Assembly: GCA_049516635.1 (NCBI GenBank)
Contig: JBEKSX010000001.1
Coordinates: forward strand, 1,671-65,670
DNA: 64,000 nucleotides
Origin: Ignavibacteria bacterium
GTDB taxonomy: Bacteria > Bacteroidota > Ignavibacteria > Tepidaquicellales > OLB5
Direction of reading: 5' to 3'
A program made the translations under genes and the position numbers. Below, one piece after another: positions 10,562-19,839 of this stretch. Under the pieces are notes generated by a model. The model had not been told where the DNA came from. It worked only from the letters and a program-made list of their open reading frames with translations, and ran no database searches. Each line of letters starts with the position of its first letter. Position 1 is the first letter of the stretch.

Positions 10562-11398
10562 ATGGAAGATAATTTAGAGAATACAACCGACCGGCCGCCA
10601 GGTGAGGAACAATCTTCTTCCGATATATCCCAACCGCCGGAGACTGTTGAGAACATATCTCTGTCCGATGCATTGGCCGGCGTCTTCACTGAGCCGGGCA
10701 ACACATTTGAGGAAGTTAAGAAAGCGACAAACAAAAATTATTGGCTAATGCCGATAATTATCCTGATCGTACTGGCTATAGTTGCAGGTTTCCTTGTAAT
10801 GCGTGATGAAGAGCTTTCCGGTGAGATAAAGGCTAAACAGATGCAAACCGTGAAAGAAAGATTACAGGAACAGGTGAAAGAAGGTAAAATGACACAGGAC
10901 CAGATGAACGAGAGGATGGACCAGATGGAAAAGGGATTCAGCGGTTCCAGTCCCATATTCTATGTTTTTACTATTGTCGGTCCTATTATGGGTATTTTCA
11001 TAGTACTATTTTTTAAAGGACTTGTTTTCTGGGGGGCAATTAAACTACTGAAAGGAACAGTAACCTATATGCTTGTAATTACTGTACTAGGATTAAGCAG
11101 TATTATCGAATCGATACAGACAGTCATTAATACAGCATTGGCTATCATGCTGGGGAGGTTGAGAGTTAATATCGGACCAATATTGCTTTTTGCTCAGAAT
11201 TCGCTTAGTGAGCCCATGTCTAAACTGCTTTCCCATATTGATCTTTTGACTATATGGTATTTCATTATTCTTGGGATCGGATTGGCAAAAGTATCGAATC
11301 TCAAAACATCAAAAGTGATACCGGCAGTATTCATATTATGGCTGATCTGGGTCTGTATATCCTCGTTTGCCAACCTTCCTTTCATGGGCGGTTTTTAA
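10562..11398 (+). CDS. Yip1-domain integral membrane protein
   Basis: 278 aa. An acidic, proline-containing N-terminus is followed by LAGVFTEPGNTFEEV, then 5 hydrophobic helices with a charged coiled insert. Confidence 0.6.
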   Translation: MEDNLENTTDRPPGEEQSSSDISQPPETVENISLSDALAGVFTEPGNTFEEVKKATNKNYWLMPIIILIVLAIVAGFLVMRDEELSGEIKAKQMQTVKERLQEQVKEGKMTQDQMNERMDQMEKGFSGSSPIFYVFTIVGPIMGIFIVLFFKGLVFWGAIKLLKGTVTYMLVITVLGLSSIIESIQTVINTALAIMLGRLRVNIGPILLFAQNSLSEPMSKLLSHIDLLTIWYFIILGIGLAKVSNLKTSKVIPAVFILWLIWVCISSFANLPFMGGF

Positions 11399-11414
11399 CA
11401 CATCGACAGGATAA

Positions 11415-11447
11415 AATAAAAAAGGCGGGTGTAATCCCGCTTTTTTA
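11415..11447. terminator. Bidirectional terminator hairpin between convergent genes
   Basis: gcggg-tgtaat-cccgc flanked by an A-run and a T-run, between the + gene ending at 11398 and the - gene ending at 11467. Confidence 0.65.
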
Positions 11448-11466
11448 TTGTATCAATATAATCTAT

Positions 11467-12897
11467 CTACTTTATTAAAATCATTTTGTTCGTTTCGGAA
11501 AAACCGTCAGTTAATAATTTATAGAAATAGATCCCTGAAGCATAATTAGTTCCATCCCACTTCACTTCATATTTACCAGGCATTAGGTTATCATCAAGAA
11601 GAACTGAAATTATTCTGCCCGCGATGTCATATACAATTATCTTCACATTTGATGTTTCACGTGAAACATAATAAGGAATATAAAAGCTAATTTTTGTGGC
11701 CGGATTGAACGGATTTGGGTAATTCTGGGACAATTTGAAATTCCCTGGAACCTGACTGTTCTGTCTGATTATTCCGATAAGCATGCCTGAAATAAGATCT
11801 GTTCCCTTTCCGCCGTACGCGCCCATATCATTCCTTATAGTCCCTCTGGACGGGTATTTTGCAAAACCCAAATGCTGAGGGTCTTCAGGATCATTATAGA
11901 TGGTGCTCGAGTCACCTTTATCTACACAGGGAGAATTATTGTTGAGAATATAATTCGTATCGGCAAATACCGGATCCAGATTTATGTTACCAGCTCCCGT
12001 ATATCCACCCTGCACATCACAGTAAGTAACATTCGCGATTCCGCTCAATAGCAGTATCTGAACCCCTGAAGGGGAGCTGTTGCCCCAAACGATATTATTC
12101 CTGATAGTGACAGTTGTGGACCATACCAGTATACCGGCTGTACCCACGGTTGCTGAATTATTAACGATTGAATTGTTCTCAAATATTTTCGGCAGACCTG
12201 TGGAGATATTTTGCCAAGCCCATATCCCGGAGCCACCGTTATAATCCTGTCCGCCGCTATTAGAGCAAATGACATTGTTCTTTATAATGCATCCCGTATA
12301 ATTCAGGACTATGCCGGGTCCGTACCTTCCGCTGTTGAACAATATCGCATTGTTCAGTATCATCGGGTAACTATCACCGATACGCATCCCGCCGCCTCCG
12401 GCACTTGTCACGCCCTGTGTGTTTGTCGCCTGATTATTTATAATTATATTGTTCTGTATCACGGGTGATGAAAGCTCTATTAAAATTCCGCCGCCTTCTC
12501 TGTACCTGCCAGCATTATGTATATCCTCCCATTTTGTCCCCGTACCGCCAGTGATAGTAAAGCCCTGAAGAACTGTTGTAGAATCTTCTCCCGATGTTAT
12601 CCTAACACAGCTTGCACTATCAGGCTGGGAGGGACTGCTGCCGTTGATGATTGTACTATTAATAAATGTTGGGTCGTTGTTCAAATAATACCTGCTGGTA
12701 ACGACAATTCGTTTACCGCGGAAATTTATGTTCTCCAGATAAGTACCTGGCTCAACGAGAACCGTATCCCCATTAGAAGATGAATTGATAGCTGATTGTA
12801 TCGTAGCATAACTGCCGGGGACGTGGAGAATGTTAGAATAAGCTTCTGTAACACCCAAAAATGTTAAAATGAATATAATAAAAAATATTTTTTTCAT
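11467..12897 (-). CDS. Secreted right-handed parallel beta-helix repeat protein with T9SS C-terminal sorting domain
   Basis: 476 aa with a signal peptide. It has repeated PbH1-like turns (NNIIINN, NNVICSN, NNSIVNN, RNNIVWGN). The C-terminus reads NYPNPFNPATKISF...GIYFYKL...NKMILIK. Confidence 0.8.
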   Translation of the reverse strand: MKKIFFIIFILTFLGVTEAYSNILHVPGSYATIQSAINSSSNGDTVLVEPGTYLENINFRGKRIVVTSRYYLNNDPTFINSTIINGSSPSQPDSASCVRITSGEDSTTVLQGFTITGGTGTKWEDIHNAGRYREGGGILIELSSPVIQNNIIINNQATNTQGVTSAGGGGMRIGDSYPMILNNAILFNSGRYGPGIVLNYTGCIIKNNVICSNSGGQDYNGGSGIWAWQNISTGLPKIFENNSIVNNSATVGTAGILVWSTTVTIRNNIVWGNSSPSGVQILLLSGIANVTYCDVQGGYTGAGNINLDPVFADTNYILNNNSPCVDKGDSSTIYNDPEDPQHLGFAKYPSRGTIRNDMGAYGGKGTDLISGMLIGIIRQNSQVPGNFKLSQNYPNPFNPATKISFYIPYYVSRETSNVKIIVYDIAGRIISVLLDDNLMPGKYEVKWDGTNYASGIYFYKLLTDGFSETNKMILIK

Positions 12898-13018
12898 AAA
12901 ACATATAATTTATTTATTAATGAACTCTCTAAAATTTAGTAGTAGAATATCCCCCGTCCGGCACATACTTCCGCGAACCATCTGCTCAATTCTTCCATAT
13001 GGTATTCATGCATTAAAA

Positions 13019-13936
13019 TTAGTTCATATTTAGATTAAAAATATCTTTGAATTCATCAGTCTCCAGGATCTTTCTCAAAGTCATAACAAAATCAGGCGAC
13101 TGCTGGAACGGATGGCTGTTAAATAAAGCCTGGCACTTTTCATCCAGATAATCGGTAAGCTCACCCAAACGTCCTCCTGCAGTTTGTTCTATCCGGCTGA
13201 CATAGTTCCTGTTAAATCTCAACTTTTCGGGATTTACATATCCAGAATCCACCAGAGCTTTAGTCTTTTTATTGCAGCGACAGGGATTAGCCGGATCTAT
13301 AAGCCCGCATTTATCATACATAAAATTAAACAAGTCTCTTCGAGTCCTTGAAAGTATTTTCCTGAAATTCTCCTTGCTGATCTCCATTATTTCGCTTCCT
13401 ATCCTATCCGGAACCCCAAAAATTCCACCCAGTATGTATATCATTCTCTGCTCTCTATCCAGGCATAACAACATCCCGAACATACAGCTTATCTTTACTT
13501 CTTCAATAATTATGTTCATATCAATAGGAACACTGTTCGGGTCGGGAAGATCATGATCCGGTGTTTCATCTATGCTTCTTCCATAATCAGCAAAGTTTGT
13601 GTTATGCATACTCTCTCCCCTACTTTTCTTCATATTCAGCACATGATTAACCACTATCCTGTATGCCCAGGTTCTGAAACTGCTTCTGCCTTCAAATGAG
13701 GAAAGTTTGGTAATGATCTTTATAAGGACTTCCTGTGTTGCATCAGCAGCTTCATCGGGATTAAATACCATACGCAGTGCTATGTTATATATCCAGTCCT
13801 GGTGACGCCTTATGAGCGTCTCGAGCGAGTCCTTATTGCCCGAAACTGCTTCTTTTATAAGATTCACATCGGTTTTATCGTTCGTATATTTTTCAGAAAA
13901 GGGATTTATCATATCTCTTCTATAATTATTAGACAA
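13019..13936 (-). CDS. ECF-type sigma-70 family sigma factor with ~90-aa C-terminal extension
   Basis: 305 aa. Region 2 (HQDWIYNIALRMV...DATQEVLIKI...FRTWAYRIVVNHVLN) and region 4 (REQRMIYIL...EIMEISKENFRKILSRTRRDL) are recognisable. An extra tail contains CGLIDPANPCRC. Confidence 0.8.
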   Translation of the reverse strand: MSNNYRRDMINPFSEKYTNDKTDVNLIKEAVSGNKDSLETLIRRHQDWIYNIALRMVFNPDEAADATQEVLIKIITKLSSFEGRSSFRTWAYRIVVNHVLNMKKSRGESMHNTNFADYGRSIDETPDHDLPDPNSVPIDMNIIIEEVKISCMFGMLLCLDREQRMIYILGGIFGVPDRIGSEIMEISKENFRKILSRTRRDLFNFMYDKCGLIDPANPCRCNKKTKALVDSGYVNPEKLRFNRNYVSRIEQTAGGRLGELTDYLDEKCQALFNSHPFQQSPDFVMTLRKILETDEFKDIFNLNMN

Positions 13937-14099
13937 TTTAAAATGTGCACTGTGACAGTTTCAAGATAAATGGAAGGAGATAATGGGATTATCAGGCAAT
14001 ACCGCAATTCATCAAAGCCTTTTTCAAGAGACTCCGAAGGGATATAGAAGACCTGAATAAAATGGAATGATTAACTTGTAGCCGGTTATAAAATTGTTA

Positions 14100-15797
14100 T
14101 TACTTGCTTCCGTTCACCTCATGGATACTTAACCAGTTCTCGATATCCTTAATAACATCTTTTATGCTTCCGCTTTGAAATGGAGAATTCAATCCCGCGA
14201 GCTTCACCAGATCAAGGAACGATTTGCTTCCTCCTGCATTGCACAAACGGATATAATCTTCTATAGCCTTTTTCATACTCTCGTGGGATCTTTTCCAGAA
14301 CTGGAATGCGCATATCTGTGCCAGACAATAATCAATATAATAGAACGGGTAGAGATAAATGTGCCTTTGCTGCTGCCATCTCCCGCCGTTCAGCAGAAAC
14401 TCATTTTCATCATAATCAAGATAAGGAAGATATTTTTTCTCAATCTCAAGCCATGCCTTCTTTCTCATTGCAGGGGTAGCGTCGGGATTCTCATACACAT
14501 AATGCTGGAATTCATCAACGGTCACTCCGTACGGGATAAAGATAAGGGCACCCTTTAAATGCGAATATTTAAATTTATCCACTTCCTCTTTAAAAAAACA
14601 ATTCATATACGGCCATGCGAAAAATTCCATGCTCATGGAATGTATCTCGCACGCTTCTGATGTAGGTGAATAATATTCGGGTATCTCAAAATCTCTGCTT
14701 CTGAACGCCTGGAAAGCATGACCTGCTTCGTGTGTCAGCACTTCGACATCACCTGCAGTCCCGTTAAAATTAGAAAAGATAAACGGGCTTTTGTAATCCT
14801 CGAGAAAAGTACAGTATCCCCCAGTATCTTTACCTTTTTTGGTAACCAGGTCCATCAATTCATTTTCTACCATATAGTTGAAGAACTCTGCGGTTTCAGG
14901 GGATAAGGATTCATACATACCTTTTGCACAATTTACGATCCAGCCCGGCTGCCCGTGAGGTTTTGCATTACCATCCTTGAAATCCAGCGGCTGATCATAA
15001 TATTTCATCTGATCCAATCCCAGTCTTTTCATTTGTTTTTTATTCAGAGCAACAGCTACGGGAACGATGTAATCCTCAACCTGTTTCCTAAATACCGATA
15101 CCATGTCAGCATTATAATCCGTTCTGCCCATCCTAGCATAGCCCATTTCGATGAAGTTTTTGTATCCTAATTTTACCGCCATACTGTGACGGAGCTTTAC
15201 GAGCTCATCATAGAGACGGTCAAATTCATCTCCATTATCGGAGAAGAATTTCCATTTTGCAAGATTAGCTTCCCTTCTTATCTCACGATCGGTCGACTCT
15301 ATATACGGGTTTAATCCGGAAAGGTTCAGCTCTTCTCCGTTGAAATTGATCTTTGCAGATGCCAGGAGCTTGGTATACTCGGTCTTCAATTTATTTTCCA
15401 GCTTAAGATCTTCCATAATTTCAGGTTTGAAGGTTCGTACCATCTGCTCGGCGTAATCGAACAGCTGTTTGCCCCATTTCTCTTTGAGCTGCTTTTTGAA
15501 TTTTGAATTTATTATGGATTGATAATATTTAGTAATCAATCCTTCGTATACCGGATAACTCTGGTCGAAATATTCCCTTTCCAGACGGTAAAATTTATCA
15601 GTGGTATCAATTGAGTATTTAATGCTGGCTATGGTTCCCATGGTCTCAAATTCTCGTCGCAGGGAATTGATCTCCTTCATAACCACATCCTGAACTTCAA
15701 ACGTATCGGCATTATCAAAACCGGATAGGAGAAAATAAAATTTTTTTTCCAGTTCGTTGATATCCGGCCTCTCATACATGATCTCACTAAATTTCAT
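14100..15797 (-). CDS. pepF: M3B oligoendopeptidase F
   Basis: 565 aa with the zinc motif LTHEAGHAFQ (HExxH). The overall length and pattern are typical of PepF-like M3 peptidases. Confidence 0.85.
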   Translation of the reverse strand: MKFSEIMYERPDINELEKKFYFLLSGFDNADTFEVQDVVMKEINSLRREFETMGTIASIKYSIDTTDKFYRLEREYFDQSYPVYEGLITKYYQSIINSKFKKQLKEKWGKQLFDYAEQMVRTFKPEIMEDLKLENKLKTEYTKLLASAKINFNGEELNLSGLNPYIESTDREIRREANLAKWKFFSDNGDEFDRLYDELVKLRHSMAVKLGYKNFIEMGYARMGRTDYNADMVSVFRKQVEDYIVPVAVALNKKQMKRLGLDQMKYYDQPLDFKDGNAKPHGQPGWIVNCAKGMYESLSPETAEFFNYMVENELMDLVTKKGKDTGGYCTFLEDYKSPFIFSNFNGTAGDVEVLTHEAGHAFQAFRSRDFEIPEYYSPTSEACEIHSMSMEFFAWPYMNCFFKEEVDKFKYSHLKGALIFIPYGVTVDEFQHYVYENPDATPAMRKKAWLEIEKKYLPYLDYDENEFLLNGGRWQQQRHIYLYPFYYIDYCLAQICAFQFWKRSHESMKKAIEDYIRLCNAGGSKSFLDLVKLAGLNSPFQSGSIKDVIKDIENWLSIHEVNGSK

Positions 15798-16038
15798 TAT
15801 GATTACACCTTTCCATCAATAAATAATTGATAATTAATTATTTAAAATCTATTGAGGATACAGATTTCATAAAAATCCCCTACTTTTTTAACAGATAAAT
15901 CAAAAACTTTGTTCTAAGATACAAATATTTTTTTAATAATTCGGGGATAAATAAAGGTAAAAAGTGGTAAGAAAGAATATCGATCCCTAAACAGATTAAA
16001 TTTCTTCATTTACCATAAGAACATAACTCCTTTAATCC

Positions 16039-16800
16039 TCAATTCTTCCTGCAAGTCACTACGAATTCTTTTTTAGCTTCCTCGAGAGAATGACTATAGA
16101 AATCTCCGAAAATCTGCTCAATTCTCAATTTTGCCCTCGTCATCAAATGCTCGAGTTCATAACGGAAAAAGTATCTGAACGGAAAATTGGCGCTATCTTC
16201 ATGCTGACCGTCAATATCATTCCACACAAATTTGAAAGTGATATGCTGAATCTGATGAATATAATCAGGTTTTACCGTATCGTAACGCTTTAGACTCTTT
16301 CCGGGTTCGTATTGGACATCATAAATGAGCTGTTCCCGGGTTCCCTCCGATATAAGTTCAAGTTTCGGTACGAACACATCAAATATGAATTTACCATCAT
16401 CTGTAAGATGTTCACGAATAGAATTAAGAGCATCGAGCTGGTCATCGACCGCGATCAAGTGTGAGAACATCCTGAAGGGTGCTATTATGAGTTCGAATTT
16501 TTTATCCAATTTAAAGTTCCTTACATCCTGATAGTGAAGTCGGTAATGCTGGTTTTCCAGCATCTTGCTTTTTAAATTATTCAGCATGTTAGTACTAATA
16601 TCTATGCCATATATATCAGCGCCTCCAGAAAGCGCCCTAAGAAATATTCTCCCTGTACCGGTACCGATCTCAAGTACGGGGCCTCCGCATTCCGCAATGC
16701 GTTCTAAGTAATAATCCCTGCTCTGCTTTTCCAGAATATGATCGTAAATGATATCATAGAAACGAACCATTGTTTCGGAATATATAAAAGTGTCCTTCAT
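16039..16800 (-). CDS. Class I SAM-dependent methyltransferase
   Basis: 253 aa. Motif I VLEIGTGTGRI is followed by an acidic loop (IYGIDIS). The substrate is unknown. Confidence 0.8.
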   Translation of the reverse strand: MKDTFIYSETMVRFYDIIYDHILEKQSRDYYLERIAECGGPVLEIGTGTGRIFLRALSGGADIYGIDISTNMLNNLKSKMLENQHYRLHYQDVRNFKLDKKFELIIAPFRMFSHLIAVDDQLDALNSIREHLTDDGKFIFDVFVPKLELISEGTREQLIYDVQYEPGKSLKRYDTVKPDYIHQIQHITFKFVWNDIDGQHEDSANFPFRYFFRYELEHLMTRAKLRIEQIFGDFYSHSLEEAKKEFVVTCRKN

Positions 16801-16819
16801 GGTTATAATATAAATTTAT

Positions 16820-17896
16820 TTAATGTTGTTTGTACTTCATTTTCATAACCTGTTTTACATCTTTACGGATCTTTTTCCATTTCTTTCTTTCAGCCAGAAT
16901 TGAACTTTCGTATTTTCTTCTTTCAAAATAATTAATTTCACGCTGCATTTTATTATAGCTTTTTAGCCTGTCCTCATCGAGTGTTCCATCCTCAAATGCT
17001 TTTCGGACGGCGCAGCCCGGCTCTTTTGTGTGAGTACAGTCTTTGAACCGGCAACTCTGCGCCAATGCTTCAATATCGGAGAAAATGTCACTCAATCCTT
17101 CGCTGCCCTCCCACAGCTGAAGCTCACGTAGACCGGGTGTGTCGATTATCATCCCTCCATCCTGAAGAACTACCAGTTCTCTGCGTGTTGTGGTGTGGAC
17201 ACCTTTATCTTTATAGCCGGTGATTTCGTTCACCTTCATAATATCACTGCCTATGAGTGTGTTTATAAGTGTTGATTTACCTACTCCTGAAGAACCGAGC
17301 AGTGCTACCGTTCTATTACCGGTAAAATATTTTCTTATCTCCTTCAATCCATAACCGGTAATACAGCTTATCATTTGGGAAGGAACATCGTTGAACAGGT
17401 CCTTAAGTTCTTCGAACGTAACATCAGGATTTTCGCAGAGATCAGATTTGCTTAGTACGATGACAGGCATTATTCTGTTTTCTTTAGCGAGTATAAGATA
17501 CCTTTCCAATCGTCTTAGATTCAGGTCCTTATTCATCGAAGTCATAATAAATACAGTATCTATATTCGAAGCAAGTATTTGTTCATCCGTTTTCGCGCCA
17601 GCAGATTTTCTCGAGAACTTAGTCCTTCTAGGCATTACATCTTCGATAATTGCCTTTTTTTCTTCGGGAAAAGGACGAAATAGTATCCAATCCCCGACTG
17701 CCGGGAAATCCACTTTATTTTCACAATTAAAGTACATTTTCCCGGACATTTCGCCTGCTAGCTCTCCGTATTCGGAGTAAATTATGTGGTTGTTCTTATT
17801 CTCGACAGCAACCCGTCCGGGAGATAAGCCATCCTGATTAAGTTTAGAAAGATGTTCCTTAAAAAAAGAATTCCAACCGTATTGTTTTAGATCCAT
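16820..17896 (-). CDS. rsgA: Ribosome small-subunit-dependent GTPase A
   Basis: 358 aa. It has circularly permuted GTPase motifs (VLSKSDL ... GSSGVGKSTLIN ... DTPG) and the C-terminal zinc knuckle CRFKDCTHTKEPGCAV. Confidence 0.9.
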   Translation of the reverse strand: MDLKQYGWNSFFKEHLSKLNQDGLSPGRVAVENKNNHIIYSEYGELAGEMSGKMYFNCENKVDFPAVGDWILFRPFPEEKKAIIEDVMPRRTKFSRKSAGAKTDEQILASNIDTVFIMTSMNKDLNLRRLERYLILAKENRIMPVIVLSKSDLCENPDVTFEELKDLFNDVPSQMISCITGYGLKEIRKYFTGNRTVALLGSSGVGKSTLINTLIGSDIMKVNEITGYKDKGVHTTTRRELVVLQDGGMIIDTPGLRELQLWEGSEGLSDIFSDIEALAQSCRFKDCTHTKEPGCAVRKAFEDGTLDEDRLKSYNKMQREINYFERRKYESSILAERKKWKKIRKDVKQVMKMKYKQH

Positions 17897-17976
17897 TTAT
17901 TAATATTTAGTTGTTAAAATTTAGTGTATTTGTAGTTAGACCTGACAGATTGGAAAACCTGTCAGGCCGAGATTTC

Positions 17977-19806
17977 CTACATTGCCATCACTTCTTTTTC
18001 TCTTTGTTCGCGGAGCTGACGGGTATAAAGGCTGTAATAATAACCTTTCTTTTTCATCAGTTCGTAATGACTGCCATCTTCTATTATCTTTCCTTTGCTT
18101 ATAACGAGTATCCTGTCACAATTCTTGATGGTGGAAAGCCTGTGTGCTATCAATATCGAAGTTCTGCCTTCCATCATGCTTAATATACCCTTCTGTATCC
18201 TTGCTTCAGTAATTGTATCTACTGATGAAGTTGCTTCATCCATAATGAATATCCTCGGATCGGCTAGCACAGCCCTGGCAAATGACACAAGCTGTTTTTC
18301 ACCCATAGAGAGATTTTCACCACCTTCTCCGACCTCTTCATCAAGACGGTTGCTAAAATCCTCAGCACCGACGAGATTTAACGCATCGATTATTTCGCCG
18401 TCACTGGTATCATCCCTTCCATAGCGTATGTTATCGCGTACGCTTCCGGAAAAAAGGTGCGGGGTCTGGAGTACAACACCAAGACGGCTTCTCAAGCTGA
18501 ACAAAGACTTTTTCCTGTAATCTACACCGTCAATTCTCAGAACACCTCCTGTAGGTTCATAGAACCTGCAAATCAGGCTCGTAATAGTTGACTTACCTCC
18601 ACCTGTCTCACCGACCAGAGCAATAGATTCCCCCGCTTCTATCTTTAAATTGAAGTTCTCGATAACGGGTTTACCCTGTTCATAATGGAAGGATACATTT
18701 TCGAACTCTATATCGCCATTGATATTCTTGAAATCAGTACTGTCGGTGGAGTCATAGATCAATGGCTTTGTATCCACGAGCGAAAATATCCTTTCACCGG
18801 CGGAGATGCTGTTCTGCGCTTGGGAATAGAACCTGGTAATATCGAGTATCGGTTCAAATATCAGCGTTGCATACCCGAAAAAAGCCGCAAGCTTTCCGAC
18901 AGTGATCTCCGGCGGTATAGCCAATACCATATTCCCTCCGAAGTAAAGTACAAGTGCGGCTCCAACCGAGCCTATAAAAACTACCATCGGAATGAATATC
19001 GCGCTAAAGAAAGCCGACCTGTAAGCAGACCATCTCATTTTTTCACTCAATCCTCGGAATTCCTTACTTACTCTTTTTTCCTGAACCATACTTTTATTCA
19101 CTTCCACACCGTTGATGTGTTCATTGAAGCTGGCAGTAATCTCGCTGTTATATTTTCTTGCCTGCCGGGAATACATCAAAATAAGCATCCTTATCTTTAT
19201 GGAAACGACCATGAGAACAGGAATTGTCAGGGTAACAATTGCTCCCAGCTTCCAGTTATATATGAACATCGCTATCACACAAAACACAATCATGCCCGTT
19301 CCCCAGATGACTGAGATCATTTCCCACGAGATAAGCTCGGTCACTTTCACTGCATCTGAAGAGATCCTGGAAAGGAGCCAGCCGACAGCAGACTTATCAA
19401 AGAAAGAGAACGAAAGCCTCTGCAGTCTAATAAACATCTGCTGCCTGATATCAAACATCACGTATTCCTGTATCCTGCCCGCATAATAAATAAATCCCAT
19501 CACACAAACGGCAATCAACGACCCCATCCCAAACAGGAGCAGACAATAAAATTTCAATCCTGCCAGATCCGCCGGGGTTCTAAGGCCGGGATGCTCTTTA
19601 TATGTGTTCGTGACAGGGAATATCACCTTATCCAGCAAGTTCATCCATACGAGCGGGAATACCGATTCCACGGCAGCCACGAGCAGGATAAATATTGTGA
19701 AGGCAGTTACCCACTTCGGATACTTTAAGCTGTATGTGAACAGCCTCTTCAGAAAAGGCAGTAAAGCCCCTTTGGTCTTATAATGCTGTTCCTGCATTTG
19801 TGCCAT
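17977..19806 (-). CDS. ABC exporter half-transporter (TMD-NBD), consensus catalytic subunit
   Basis: 609 aa with 6 TM helices then an NBD. Walker A is GETGGGKST, Walker B is IFIMDEATSSVD (canonical D-E), and the signature is degenerate (LSMGEKQL). Confidence 0.9.
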   Translation of the reverse strand: MAQMQEQHYKTKGALLPFLKRLFTYSLKYPKWVTAFTIFILLVAAVESVFPLVWMNLLDKVIFPVTNTYKEHPGLRTPADLAGLKFYCLLLFGMGSLIAVCVMGFIYYAGRIQEYVMFDIRQQMFIRLQRLSFSFFDKSAVGWLLSRISSDAVKVTELISWEMISVIWGTGMIVFCVIAMFIYNWKLGAIVTLTIPVLMVVSIKIRMLILMYSRQARKYNSEITASFNEHINGVEVNKSMVQEKRVSKEFRGLSEKMRWSAYRSAFFSAIFIPMVVFIGSVGAALVLYFGGNMVLAIPPEITVGKLAAFFGYATLIFEPILDITRFYSQAQNSISAGERIFSLVDTKPLIYDSTDSTDFKNINGDIEFENVSFHYEQGKPVIENFNLKIEAGESIALVGETGGGKSTITSLICRFYEPTGGVLRIDGVDYRKKSLFSLRSRLGVVLQTPHLFSGSVRDNIRYGRDDTSDGEIIDALNLVGAEDFSNRLDEEVGEGGENLSMGEKQLVSFARAVLADPRIFIMDEATSSVDTITEARIQKGILSMMEGRTSILIAHRLSTIKNCDRILVISKGKIIEDGSHYELMKKKGYYYSLYTRQLREQREKEVMAM

Positions 19807-19839
19807 ATTATTTCTCCGTTTCTTTCATTATAATCTTGA

